Shown: positions 9,030-18,787 of the stretch, in pieces
Layout: the number at the start of each line of letters is the position of its first letter
How positions within the stretch are numbered: position 1 is the first letter of the stretch
Assembly (NCBI GenBank): GCA_963668625.2
Contig: CAXXKA010000010.1
Coordinates: forward strand, 224,001-288,000
Origin: an uncultured candidate division Zixibacteria bacterium
GTDB lineage: Bacteria > Zixibacteria > MSB-5A5 > UBA10806 > 4484-95
Direction: 5' to 3'
Length of the DNA: 64,000 bases
Notes under the pieces: model-generated
The model's input: the letters and a program-made list of their open reading frames with translations, nothing else
The model's database searches: none
Told to the model about the DNA's origin: nothing
Translations under genes and position numbers: made by a program

Positions 9030-9325
9030 ATACCCTCCTTGGTAATTACTATTTTACATTTTGTATCGGAAAAAACGGCTTTTTATAAAGCCTTTATTGC
9101 AACATATAACGTATTATAAGGTATAGAGTTAGTGAGTGTAGAGCGTTATGGTAATCAGAAGCTGATTGTAAGAAATAATGATTCAACAGGTTATGAGAGT
9201 TAATCCAAACGGCTAGTTTTGCAACATTTTATTCGAATAATTATCATCGATAAAAATCTTATTTAATCCGGCTAATTGTCCCTGACGATATATCATGTAG
9301 AGAAATGATAATATCCGGAGGAACG

Positions 9326-10351
9326 ATGTATCGAATATTGCTCTTAAGCCTGATTATGATTTTTGTGGGATGCGCTCATGATAATGTTCAAAATACTGAC
9401 GGGGACAGCAATACGATATTGGTCGTAGATTATCCCGATGATTCCCTGGTAGATTATATCAGTTCCTATAGGCTTTCGGTTATCGCCGTCGATATTATCG
9501 ACCCGGTTAGTCAATCGGCGGAAATTACATCCACGGCAAATTCGATAGATTCGATCGAGGCTTATATTCCCCCCGGCGAACAAAGGGTGTTAACCATATA
9601 TTTCCTTGATGACGAAGGTAGCGTGATTTTCTGGAGTAAGGGAGAAAGCGATATCGCCGAGGATGATAACACGACCTTATCGGTATCGGCGTACCAGGCG
9701 GCGGCGCGTTCGGCCACGCGGGTGAAAATTCTTCGCGATAATCTGCCATGGAATTCAGATGCCCTCGATGTGGTACTTTCGGATATCGGTCTCTCGCTGG
9801 GCGTGGGGGATGATCAATACCAGGTAATAGCCTCGGATGCTTTCGATACGGTCAGCCTGGAGGCGGGGGAGGACCTGGTTATAATCGCTAACGATCAGGG
9901 GCAGGTTTTTTACGATAACTACTCGGAGTCTCAGGATAAGATTGAACTGTTTATTTCCGATGGCGGCACGATACTCTGGGAGGCTTGCGATCTTGGATGG
10001 GCCAGAGGCTCGATAGACTCCTCCGGTCTGGAGTTGCCCATGGGAGTGGAAACTATAAGCGGCTATGAAAACAACAATTACATTACCAGTTCGCTTTACA
10101 ATATTACCGCTGGGTTGGACAGCGTATTAATCGGCAATTACGCCTCGCACGAGGGCTTTATCAACACTCCGCAGGGAGCTCTGGTTTATACCCGCGACAG
10201 CCGGGGATTGCCTACTCTGATGTCTTTCAGCAATGGGCTTGGCTGGGTAATTATTACCGGTCAACCGCTCGAATATAATTTCCAGGCTGATAATTCATCC
10301 TCACCGGGGTCGTTACTTCCCCGAATAATAAGCCATGTTCTGGGCATATGA
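9326..10351 (+). CDS. Hypothetical lipoprotein with a C-terminal alpha/beta (GATase-like) domain
   Basis: GGAGG RBS; MYRILLLSLIMIFVGC lipobox; FISDGGTILW and GLGWVIITGQPLE motifs. Confidence 0.75.
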   Translation: MYRILLLSLIMIFVGCAHDNVQNTDGDSNTILVVDYPDDSLVDYISSYRLSVIAVDIIDPVSQSAEITSTANSIDSIEAYIPPGEQRVLTIYFLDDEGSVIFWSKGESDIAEDDNTTLSVSAYQAAARSATRVKILRDNLPWNSDALDVVLSDIGLSLGVGDDQYQVIASDAFDTVSLEAGEDLVIIANDQGQVFYDNYSESQDKIELFISDGGTILWEACDLGWARGSIDSSGLELPMGVETISGYENNNYITSSLYNITAGLDSVLIGNYASHEGFINTPQGALVYTRDSRGLPTLMSFSNGLGWVIITGQPLEYNFQADNSSSPGSLLPRIISHVLGI

Positions 10352-10764
10352 TATACGGTACCGGGACCAATTCCTAAAGAACTTGACCATCTATCTAACT
10401 GAGCTTGTCGTGAATGCTGACATACTAATGTATGGATATGCAAAAAACGATTTATAACCATATTCAAGCGATATGTTATTTCTAGTTACCAAACTCCGTG
10501 GCACAAGCCATGCCTAACGGCTTTTAGTTTTACAAATATTTGAGAAACTCTGTTTTGGTTAGTTTTTTGTATATATAGCGATGTCAATATATAGTTAATC
10601 GAATACGGTAGATTCCAAAATCGGGATTTTAAACCAGTAATAGCCGATTTGAGCGGGCAGGATATTAAGCCGCAGCCCCGTTAGCCGGTGATAGTTTGCT
10701 AATATAATCAAGTGATATACTGATAAAAGATAATCTATATGAATTATTGAGAGTGCCGAAAAAA

Positions 10765-12006
10765 TTACTCGGCGCTTTCGGGCTTTTTGTCCAGGATTAA
10801 TTTCTTGTCCTTGAATTTATCCAGAGATAATATCACCGACCCCATACCGGCTCCGAGTATTATTGCCATTATCAACCAGTTCAGGATAGGAACCATCATT
10901 AACAGGACAACTACCACCACACCGATTAAGAACGTTATCGAGCTTAGCGGTTTTTTACCGAGATTCAGTATTTTACCTATCGCGCAACCTACGAATTGTA
11001 TGGCGTAAATTGCTCCTGAAATACCGAATATACCGAATATGAAGAGTAGTAAAAATCCCAGCGGCCATCCCAAAAAGGAGATAAAGGCAATCAGGGAGAT
11101 GAAAGGAAGCAGCAAAACGATAAGTATGCCCAATCCCAGAGCCGTAAAAAATTTCTCCTGCATAACGATGACAGCCCGGGCGGCCGTTTTCTTGCTTAAG
11201 TTCAGTATAATCAAGCCGCAAATTGCCAATGAAAACAAGGATAGGATGATAAGACCGGTGTTATTGAACACCAGCAACCAAATCATCACCCATAAGTAGT
11301 ATAAAAACGATGCTACGATGAACATTATTATCGAGATTACCATGGGCGTTAAGGCGCGATAGCCGGATTTCTTACCGTCAATTTCAACTTGCTGCCATTT
11401 CGTCTCGCCTTTGATTCGTACGCTGTTGGGGATTTTGATATCTTCGGGGGTTTTATAGGTTAAATTGCCGTTTATAACGACATTGGGCATTATCATGAGT
11501 TTTTCGGTCTGGATGTCGACATCACCGTTAATTACACCTGAAAGAGTAATCGAACCACAACCGACTTTCAAATCGTTACCGATATAGCCATCGAACTCGA
11601 CCTCATCGGCATAAATAGTGGCGTCCTTGCCGATTTTAGTTCCCGGCACGACAATCACTTTCTGGCCGGCGGCAACTAGATTTCTGCCGATTACTGAGTT
11701 TATATCGATCGTACGGGCAAATGCCCTTACGGAGGATTTGACCTCTCCGCCGACATTAACCTTTTCGCTGGCCCAAATAATATTTCCATCACAATTGCCG
11801 TAGAAAACCAGTTCGCGGCTGGCGCCTATTAAATCGCCCTCAATACTCGATTCAAAACGAACTCTGTTACCGCTGATAACAAGGTCGTCATCGAAATTTT
11901 CCGTAGATTCGAAAATCTGGCTTTCTATGCCGAGAAAGATAGTCGCCTGGCAGGCCCCTACCAGTCCAATCAGAAGTAAAATCGCGGTTATGTATTTTAG
12001 TCTCAT
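10765..12006 (-). CDS. Bactofilin/polymer-forming-like beta-helix membrane protein
   Basis: N-terminal signal; repeated IxGDLx/VxIxGxVxG beta-helix motifs; about 5-6 C-terminal TM helices; GGGAGG RBS. Confidence 0.8.
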   Translation of the reverse strand: MRLKYITAILLLIGLVGACQATIFLGIESQIFESTENFDDDLVISGNRVRFESSIEGDLIGASRELVFYGNCDGNIIWASEKVNVGGEVKSSVRAFARTIDINSVIGRNLVAAGQKVIVVPGTKIGKDATIYADEVEFDGYIGNDLKVGCGSITLSGVINGDVDIQTEKLMIMPNVVINGNLTYKTPEDIKIPNSVRIKGETKWQQVEIDGKKSGYRALTPMVISIIMFIVASFLYYLWVMIWLLVFNNTGLIILSLFSLAICGLIILNLSKKTAARAVIVMQEKFFTALGLGILIVLLLPFISLIAFISFLGWPLGFLLLFIFGIFGISGAIYAIQFVGCAIGKILNLGKKPLSSITFLIGVVVVVLLMMVPILNWLIMAIILGAGMGSVILSLDKFKDKKLILDKKPESAE

Positions 12007-12114
12007 TCGGTCCTCCCTTTAACTTTACGACCATTTTGAAAATAATGTTACAAAAAAGCGGCAATTGTAAAGAGAAAACTTGCCAGGACATCCTATATTG
12101 AATATATTAAAACT

Positions 12115-12627
12115 ATGGCAAAAAGCAGTAACAAAATCGATAGATATCCAATTTATAAAATATTACCTCGTTTGATATTAGGCGCTGCTGAGGCGGGTTT
12201 ATCCGTATACCTGGTTATTAGTTTCAAGATGTATCTGGGATTGGCGTTTAGCGCGTACTGGATTTTTTCGATGCTGGTATTATTGCCACTACTGAGATGT
12301 ACTAAATGCTATTATTATGGCAAAAGATGCAATACCGGTTGGGGCGTTTATGCCAAAGTGGTATTTCCCAGGGGTGAACCCGAGTATTTTCAGTCGGGGT
12401 ATGCCTTAACGGTTATTCTCTGGCCGCTCAGGATGTTGCCGGTCGCTGTCGGATTGTTAAATCTGATCGGTGGTCTGGAATTCATTCCTGATGGCTTGTT
12501 TGGAATTTATATTTTAATCATAATTTTGCATCGAATTTATTATCGTAGTTCGAATTGCCCGGTTTGCCATCAACAACAGGTTTGCCCGGTTTACAATCCA
12601 CACGTTTTAAAAGCGAATAAAGAATAA
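12115..12627 (+). CDS. Hypothetical 4-TM membrane protein with two Cys clusters
   Basis: Hydrophobic helices; CTKCYYYGKRC and CPVCHQQQVCP motifs. Confidence 0.75.
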   Translation: MAKSSNKIDRYPIYKILPRLILGAAEAGLSVYLVISFKMYLGLAFSAYWIFSMLVLLPLLRCTKCYYYGKRCNTGWGVYAKVVFPRGEPEYFQSGYALTVILWPLRMLPVAVGLLNLIGGLEFIPDGLFGIYILIIILHRIYYRSSNCPVCHQQQVCPVYNPHVLKANKE

Positions 12628-12889
12628 TTAAACCTGTAATTAAATGGTTATTTATGCGTACTATAATATCCGTATAGTGACGCTTAAGTTATTACTATTA
12701 GCAATAAAAGCCCACTTTACCGCGAAAATCATCTTCCGATTTGCAACAAAATATTTGATTTGAACTTAGTTTTTTCATCAAATCGATTAAACTTATTGTT
12801 CTCCACTTATCCTAAAGGCAATATCGCCGATATAGAAAGTGGTGATAGAAATAATTTTCTAACTGTCTTAAGGTAACTGGCGAATACTT

Positions 12890-14614
12890 ATGGATGATTT
12901 TTTAAAGACTCAGGTAAAAAAAACAAGCAAGTTAAATATAACATCAGAATTGAAGAAATTTAATCTTGATGTGAACAAGCAGAAAAATCCAAAAGATTCA
13001 ACTGTTGACGGCGGGATAGGTTATGACGACCTGGCCTCGCTATACGATGTCAGTCAGGCTGTCAATTCGACATTAATCCTGGATGATATATTGTCTTTGG
13101 TGATGACCCGGGCAATTCGCCTTTTGAATGCGGAACGTGGTTTTTTGATGCTTCTCGACGAGGATGGGAATCTTCAGTTTAAAACCGCCCATAATATTCG
13201 TAAGGAGCAGTTAGACTCACACGATATGAAAATCTCCACCACCGTTGCCGATATGGTTGTCAAAACCGGCGAGGCCGTGTATACCTCGGATGCCCAGATA
13301 GATGATCGTTTCTCACAAAAAGCCTCGATTATAGATTTGAATATTCGGTCGGCAATGTGCGTACCGTTGATGATTCAGAAGAGGACTATCGGTGTACTCT
13401 ATCTCGATAACTCCTCTCAGGCGAATATTTTCCTCAAACAGGATTTGAAACTGTTCGAGATGTTTGCCGCCCAGGCTGCGGTCGCGATTCATAACGCCGG
13501 CTTATATACCGAGGTCCTGGAGCTTCAGAAATACCAGGAAAACATTTTGAAAAATACGCCTGTAGGTATACTTGTAATAAATCATGATACGATTATCACG
13601 ACCGCCAACGAAACGAGCATCCAGCTTTATTCGCGTATCGGGTGGCAGGCTAACGCGAAAGGCGAGGTGAAACTTACCGGAGTCAAGCTCGAAGATACGA
13701 TGCCGGCCGAGTTCTACAAACATTTCGCTAAAACCGTAAAAGCAGCCTCCAGCGAACCGGTCGAGATAAACCGTCTCAGCGTACAGAACGAAGGTGAGGA
13801 GATAGTTTTACGTATCAAGATTTGCCCGTTCGAAAATACCAGCAATAAACCTCATGGTCATATCATTATGATAGAGGATATCACCGAACAGGTCGTAATG
13901 GAACAATACCTGATCCTTTCCGAAAAATTCATAGCGAAAGGTGAAATGGCTGCGGCTATCGGTCATGAGCTGAACAATTACTTGACCGCGATATCAACCA
14001 ACGCCCAACTTCTGGCTATGAACCTCGAGAAAGGCGTAACGGATAAAATAAACAATAAAATCGATGTCATCGTAGAAAACGTCGATCATATAAAGCGTTT
14101 TACCGATGGTCTGATGGATTTCTCATCGCTCGAATCCAAACCGGTTAATTTCGAGTTCAAGAAATTATTGGAGGATCTGGTATTTTTCGTTCATCCCCAG
14201 CAAGCTTTTAAACGCGTCTCGTTTGAAATCGATATTCCCGATGATCTACCTACGGTGTTTATCGATGTTGGTCAGATTCACCAGGTAATTTTAAACCTGT
14301 TTATAAATGCGGCTGATGCTTTTAAGGAGGAATCAGATGGCACCGGTAATATTTCGGTGGTCGCCCGCACCATTGATGACGGCAAAGCGGTACAGATAAA
14401 AATCTCCGATGACGGACCTGGAATCGCCGCCGATATCAAGGATAAGATTTTCGATCCGCACATTACCTCAAAAAAGGACGGCCACGGTTTCGGCCTGTGG
14501 ACCTGTCAGCGTATTGTAAATAATCACCGTGGCTCGGTTACGGCTTATAATTCCGAGCAGGGTGGGGCGGTTTTCGAACTGGTGTTACCGACATCTGATA
14601 CAAGGAATGGCTGA
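12890..14614 (+). CDS. Cytoplasmic GAF-PAS sensor histidine kinase
   Basis: GAF (IRSAMCVPL...GVLYLDN), PAS-like segment, H-box GHELNNYL, N-box QVILNLFINAADA, DDGPGI, FDP, GHGFGL; no TM segment. Confidence 0.93.
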   Translation: MDDFLKTQVKKTSKLNITSELKKFNLDVNKQKNPKDSTVDGGIGYDDLASLYDVSQAVNSTLILDDILSLVMTRAIRLLNAERGFLMLLDEDGNLQFKTAHNIRKEQLDSHDMKISTTVADMVVKTGEAVYTSDAQIDDRFSQKASIIDLNIRSAMCVPLMIQKRTIGVLYLDNSSQANIFLKQDLKLFEMFAAQAAVAIHNAGLYTEVLELQKYQENILKNTPVGILVINHDTIITTANETSIQLYSRIGWQANAKGEVKLTGVKLEDTMPAEFYKHFAKTVKAASSEPVEINRLSVQNEGEEIVLRIKICPFENTSNKPHGHIIMIEDITEQVVMEQYLILSEKFIAKGEMAAAIGHELNNYLTAISTNAQLLAMNLEKGVTDKINNKIDVIVENVDHIKRFTDGLMDFSSLESKPVNFEFKKLLEDLVFFVHPQQAFKRVSFEIDIPDDLPTVFIDVGQIHQVILNLFINAADAFKEESDGTGNISVVARTIDDGKAVQIKISDDGPGIAADIKDKIFDPHITSKKDGHGFGLWTCQRIVNNHRGSVTAYNSEQGGAVFELVLPTSDTRNG

Positions 14615-17600
14615 TTTTAGTCTCTTAAACTATGACCTATTAGAGAAAATCGGAGAGGGCGGTATTTGTGATGTTTACAAAATTCGCCGATTATCCGATA
14701 ACACTATTTTCGCCTTAAAAAAACTCAAGTCTCCCACGCCTGAAAATATGCACGCCCTGGAAACCGAATATTTATTCTTGGCTTTTCATGGTCACCCGGG
14801 AATACTTGGCGGCTATGAATATATCAAGCGGGGTAACCTGGTAGCCATTGTCATGGATTATCTCCCCGGCGGTACGCTTGAAATCGAATGCGGTAAAATT
14901 CCGCCTGAAAAACTGAAATCGAGAATGATGGAGATACTGGAGATAGCTAATTTCGTCTCGCATTGCGGTTATAATTATAATGACTACAAACCGCAGAACT
15001 TCGTGATAAACTCCAAAGGCAAATTGCAATTAATCGATTTTAACCTTGTCCAGAAAATCGCCGATTCGGCCAATCAAAAATCCGGGACTTTCGGTTATAT
15101 AGCCCCGGAGCTTCTAACCGGCAACCAGGCTTCGACACGGTCGGATATATACTCGCTGGGGGCTACGTTCTACGAACTGGCGAGCGGTAGAATGCCATTC
15201 GAGGCGTCCGATGAGGGAGCTCTGATTAAGCTTATCACCGAGAACAAACCCAAATCGATAAGCACGGGTAATACCCAAATAGATGATATTATTATGAGCA
15301 TGCTTGAGATCGACCCTCAGGATAGGCCGGGTAGCTTTATTCAAATAGCCTGCTCTCTGGGCGAGCAAGATGAGTTTATCGATTTGGTGAAAGCGCATAA
15401 AGGTTCGTATCTCGGCTCGGGACTTTGGCCGTTCGTAAACGATATCACGGCTGGTTTAAATCCCGATAATCCTGGAAACATGATGATAATTACCGGAAGC
15501 GATTACGAAAGCAGATTTTTATTGAAAGACATAATATCTTTAATGAAAGTAAATTACGATAAAGTCATCGACTGCGAACTCGATTGTTTAAAACCGGATC
15601 TTATAGATGAATCGAAAACTACTAATAGTTTATTAGCGGCAAATCTTTCTGATATCCATAAACCGGATATTGCCGGGGTTGTCGATTCTATAATATATAA
15701 CTCCAATCTCAAACTGACGGCACTTTTTACTACATCCTCTCCAGCGTATGGCGAGGGCGGCGACAAACTCTCTACCATATCGCTTAGAGATATCGAAAAC
15801 AGAACTGATATTTATATCGAACATTATCTGGGCAAATACTCCTTATCGGATAAACTATGTAAACAGTTGGATGAGTTAACCGGCGGTGATCCCGAGTTGA
15901 TCGAACCCTATGTCAGGATGTTAATAGACCAGGGTACTCTTACCTATACCGACCAGGGGTGGGAGGATTTCGAGGAGTTGGATACGAATAATGTACCATC
16001 CTCTATAGCCGATATATGCAACGAATGTTTTAATAAAAGCAATTCGAATAAAGCTATCATTCTTAACTTGTTGAGTGTTTTGAATCGGCCCCAGACGCTT
16101 GAGGTACTTGCCGGGATATCGGGGCAGACGAACGAGTCTTTGCAATCTGATCTGCATGAATTGTATCAAACAGGAATTTTAGTCGTTAATGATGATAAAT
16201 ATAACATAAAAGGCGAGGCCAGACGTCTGGCGTTTTACCGCTTATTAAATGACGGAATCCGACGGGAATACCACGAGAAAGCATTTATCTACTTCAGGGA
16301 TATTTCCCCGGATCTCGATCAACAGTCCTATCATTCGTATTATGCCGGGTTCTATACGGAAGCGTTAGAGTTAAATTTCCGAGTAGCCGGTAAATATTTC
16401 GAGGAATTCACTCTGAAGTCGGCCAGGAAATTCATACAATTGGCGGAAGCCGCTTATTGCGAACTCTCGCCCGAGACAGTCGATAATAATCTGGCGGTGA
16501 ACTTTTTTAACCTGGCCGGTGATATCGCTAAAACGCTGGCGGAATATAATAAAGCGATAGTAAAATACGGCCGCGCCGCGATGTTAGCTAAAAACACGAA
16601 CGATGATAAAATTCTGGCTGAGGTGTATAAAAATCTTGGCGATGTTTACCGCATGCAACAAAAGCCTTCTGAGTCCATAAATTATTCTAATCAGGCGCTG
16701 GTAATTTTCAAAAAGTATAACGATTTACCTCTTCAGGCGGCCTGTTTGAATAACCTGGGCCTGGCTCACTGGACCGCCGGAGATCATGACAATGCTCTGG
16801 AGCAATTCGGTCTGGCCTTGAAAGTAAACGAGGAATTGGGAGATTTAACGGAGCAATCCAAAATTCATAACAATATCGCGATTATCTTCGATATCAAAGG
16901 GCAGAAAGAGATGGCTTTGGAAGGATTCCGGAAAGCTCTGGATTGCGCGGTCTCGATAAAAAACCTTCAGCTCGAGACTAAGTTTCTCGACAATATCGGC
17001 TATTTCTTTTTGAACTCCGGTCAACCACAGGAATCACTGGAGTATTTTCATAAAAGCTATAAACTTGCTATGAAGATAGGCTTTGATGATGAGCAGTTAA
17101 ACATCGTTTCGAATATCGCTCAAGCATATTATAAGATGGGTGATTTTATTCAATCGGCCGAGGCAAATCAGAAAGCGCTTGCAATAGCCGAATCGCTGAA
17201 CCATCAAAAATTTCGTATGCAAGCCAGTTACCTGATCGCTCGTGATTGCCTGGCCCTGGGTAATTACAGGCTGTATTCAGAGATGATCGAAACTGCCGAG
17301 ACAATCGGCGCCGATCTATCCAATCCTGAAATGATAAATGATACCCGTCTGCTGAAATTAGCATATTTTTTCGATACCGGACAGATAAAGTCCGCCGAGA
17401 AGTTACTCGATTACTTAGGCCGGGATTCTGCATTGACTTACAGCCAGAAAGCGCATCTGGATTATTTCCGTCTGAAAAAGGCGGCATTATCGGCCGCAGG
17501 TATCGATGAGTTAAAGCAGTTATCTGAAAAGATTATAGCGGTAAATCTACCTGAATTTTCAGGGCAGGCGATTTTAGAATATGCCTCAGCCTTGATATCC

Positions 17601-18020
17601 GACGGTAATTCAGCGGAGGCTTATTCGGCTTTGAATGATTACAGCGTATTAAATATTGAGGACACCCTGATCGAATTTCAATTCAGGCTGATATATGCCA
17701 AACTACTGACCGCTCAAAATCAATTCGATCAAGCTATCGAACAGCTTTCAACCCTCGAAACCGAATCTCACGAGAAAGGTTGTATCCCAATGTTATTCAG
17801 GGCATTGGTGAATCATGCCAGCCTTTTCGATAAATGTCGAAAAGAATCCATTATGCCGTCCATGCTGGCTCAAACAGGGCAGGTATACTCGAGTCTGGTA
17901 GAGTCTTTTCCCGAAAATATTAAAGATTTTGGATTTAATCATATCGAGGAATTTAAGACATTCAGGTTTTTAGCCGATAAGTATGGTTCGGGGATAGAGC
18001 TAAAACAAGAGTCGCTCTAA
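14607..18020 (+). CDS. Ser/Thr protein kinase - degenerate STAND-like NTPase - TPR protein
   Basis: IGEGGICDV, FALKKL, YNDYKPQN, LIDFN, GTFGYIAPE, SDIYSLG. LTGGDP and winged-helix-like middle region. Many TPRs (LNNLGLAH, HNNIAI, LDNIGY). ATG 14607 overlaps the histidine kinase stop. Confidence 0.88.
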   Translation: MADFSLLNYDLLEKIGEGGICDVYKIRRLSDNTIFALKKLKSPTPENMHALETEYLFLAFHGHPGILGGYEYIKRGNLVAIVMDYLPGGTLEIECGKIPPEKLKSRMMEILEIANFVSHCGYNYNDYKPQNFVINSKGKLQLIDFNLVQKIADSANQKSGTFGYIAPELLTGNQASTRSDIYSLGATFYELASGRMPFEASDEGALIKLITENKPKSISTGNTQIDDIIMSMLEIDPQDRPGSFIQIACSLGEQDEFIDLVKAHKGSYLGSGLWPFVNDITAGLNPDNPGNMMIITGSDYESRFLLKDIISLMKVNYDKVIDCELDCLKPDLIDESKTTNSLLAANLSDIHKPDIAGVVDSIIYNSNLKLTALFTTSSPAYGEGGDKLSTISLRDIENRTDIYIEHYLGKYSLSDKLCKQLDELTGGDPELIEPYVRMLIDQGTLTYTDQGWEDFEELDTNNVPSSIADICNECFNKSNSNKAIILNLLSVLNRPQTLEVLAGISGQTNESLQSDLHELYQTGILVVNDDKYNIKGEARRLAFYRLLNDGIRREYHEKAFIYFRDISPDLDQQSYHSYYAGFYTEALELNFRVAGKYFEEFTLKSARKFIQLAEAAYCELSPETVDNNLAVNFFNLAGDIAKTLAEYNKAIVKYGRAAMLAKNTNDDKILAEVYKNLGDVYRMQQKPSESINYSNQALVIFKKYNDLPLQAACLNNLGLAHWTAGDHDNALEQFGLALKVNEELGDLTEQSKIHNNIAIIFDIKGQKEMALEGFRKALDCAVSIKNLQLETKFLDNIGYFFLNSGQPQESLEYFHKSYKLAMKIGFDDEQLNIVSNIAQAYYKMGDFIQSAEANQKALAIAESLNHQKFRMQASYLIARDCLALGNYRLYSEMIETAETIGADLSNPEMINDTRLLKLAYFFDTGQIKSAEKLLDYLGRDSALTYSQKAHLDYFRLKKAALSAAGIDELKQLSEKIIAVNLPEFSGQAILEYASALISDGNSAEAYSALNDYSVLNIEDTLIEFQFRLIYAKLLTAQNQFDQAIEQLSTLETESHEKGCIPMLFRALVNHASLFDKCRKESIMPSMLAQTGQVYSSLVESFPENIKDFGFNHIEEFKTFRFLADKYGSGIELKQESL

Positions 18021-18026
18021 AAACGA

Positions 18027-18056
18027 GAAAACCGCCTAGGAGGCTAGGCGGTTTTC
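18027..18056. terminator. Bidirectional terminator between the kinase and peptide genes
   Basis: gaaaaccgcctag-gagg-ctaggcggttttc, a perfect 13-bp stem with A/T tracts on both sides. Confidence 0.85.
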
Positions 18057-18079
18057 AAAGCACACGAGTTTAGCTCGGA

Positions 18080-18157
18080 TCAGGAGCCAGCACCGGAATA
18101 ACCGGCTGGAGCGACTCTTTCTTCCAGCTCTTCAACTACTAAGACGACCTCTTCCAT
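18080..18157 (-). CDS. 25-aa peptide MEEVVLVVEELEERVAPAGYSGAGS (leader/core-like; candidate signalling peptide or RiPP precursor)
   Basis: Below the ORF-track size cut-off. Perfect SD AGGAGGTGAT just upstream of the ATG, a TTGACA promoter upstream and a terminator directly downstream. Confidence 0.8.
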   Translation of the reverse strand: MEEVVLVVEELEERVAPAGYSGAGS

Positions 18158-18244
18158 TTAATCACCTCCTCAGGGGTTAGAGGTTACTTTTTAATATCAT
18201 AAGAAATATTTTAATTATATATATACCCATAACGCCACTAAGTT

Positions 18245-18272
18245 AAAATAACCATCTTACTCTGGATGTCAA
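18245..18272 (-). promoter_or_regulatory. Sigma70-type promoter for the peptide gene
   Basis: Minus strand TTGACA-N16-TATTTT. Confidence 0.5.
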
Positions 18273-18392
18273 GCGAAAAATGTATCGTTTTGCAACATAT
18301 AGGTAACGGATTACAACATAATAGTATAAAAATGTTCCAATTGTTATATTGGAGGTAACTTTCGATTAAATTATGCTTGACGCATTTTTTTC

Positions 18393-18420
18393 TTGACATC
18401 GGTGTTTACGGTTGTATATT
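18393..18420 (+). promoter_or_regulatory. Sigma70-type promoter toward the cohesin/dockerin cluster
   Basis: TTGACA-N16-TATATT. Confidence 0.55.
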
Positions 18421-18787
18421 GTCTCAGTGTGGAGATTATCCACTTCTGGCTTCAAGCAGTAACGCTTCGGAGAATGATGACTTAAACAAAAGTTCCACAA
18501 ATCAGGCACCAGGCGGTCTTCAATGACTTACTAAGTTTTTGCTGTAGCTTAAAAATTGACAAAAAATTAAGAATAATAAATCGGCTGTTGGAAATCGGGA
18601 ACAGCTTCTCTGGGGAGAGTCTGAAATATGCGTATGACTGCTAATTATAATAGAAAATTTACATTCTGCTTATTAGATCATTACACGGCGAATTTAAACT
18701 CCGTGGTATACCTCAGGAGCTGTATGAAATAAGAGCTAAGGGTTGTTAGAATAATAATTGGTGGTCCCTAAAGTAAAGAGAGGCAGT

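Noticed and set aside
7851-9100. Possible sigma28 promoter (TCCGATAC) for 7851-9029, and GCCGATAT at 12826
   Set aside because: The -10-like boxes lack a correctly spaced TAAA -35 element; too weak to call.
14529-14606. ORF-track upstream start for the kinase (and similar extended starts at 1838, 4323, 4414, 5220, 18758, 19699, 59336, 63618)
   Set aside because: Downstream ATGs fit better with RBS position, signal peptides or domain starts.
18421-18787. Long leader before the cluster as a possible riboswitch (e.g. c-di-GMP)
   Set aside because: No conserved riboswitch motif recognisable by eye; a covariance-model search would be needed.
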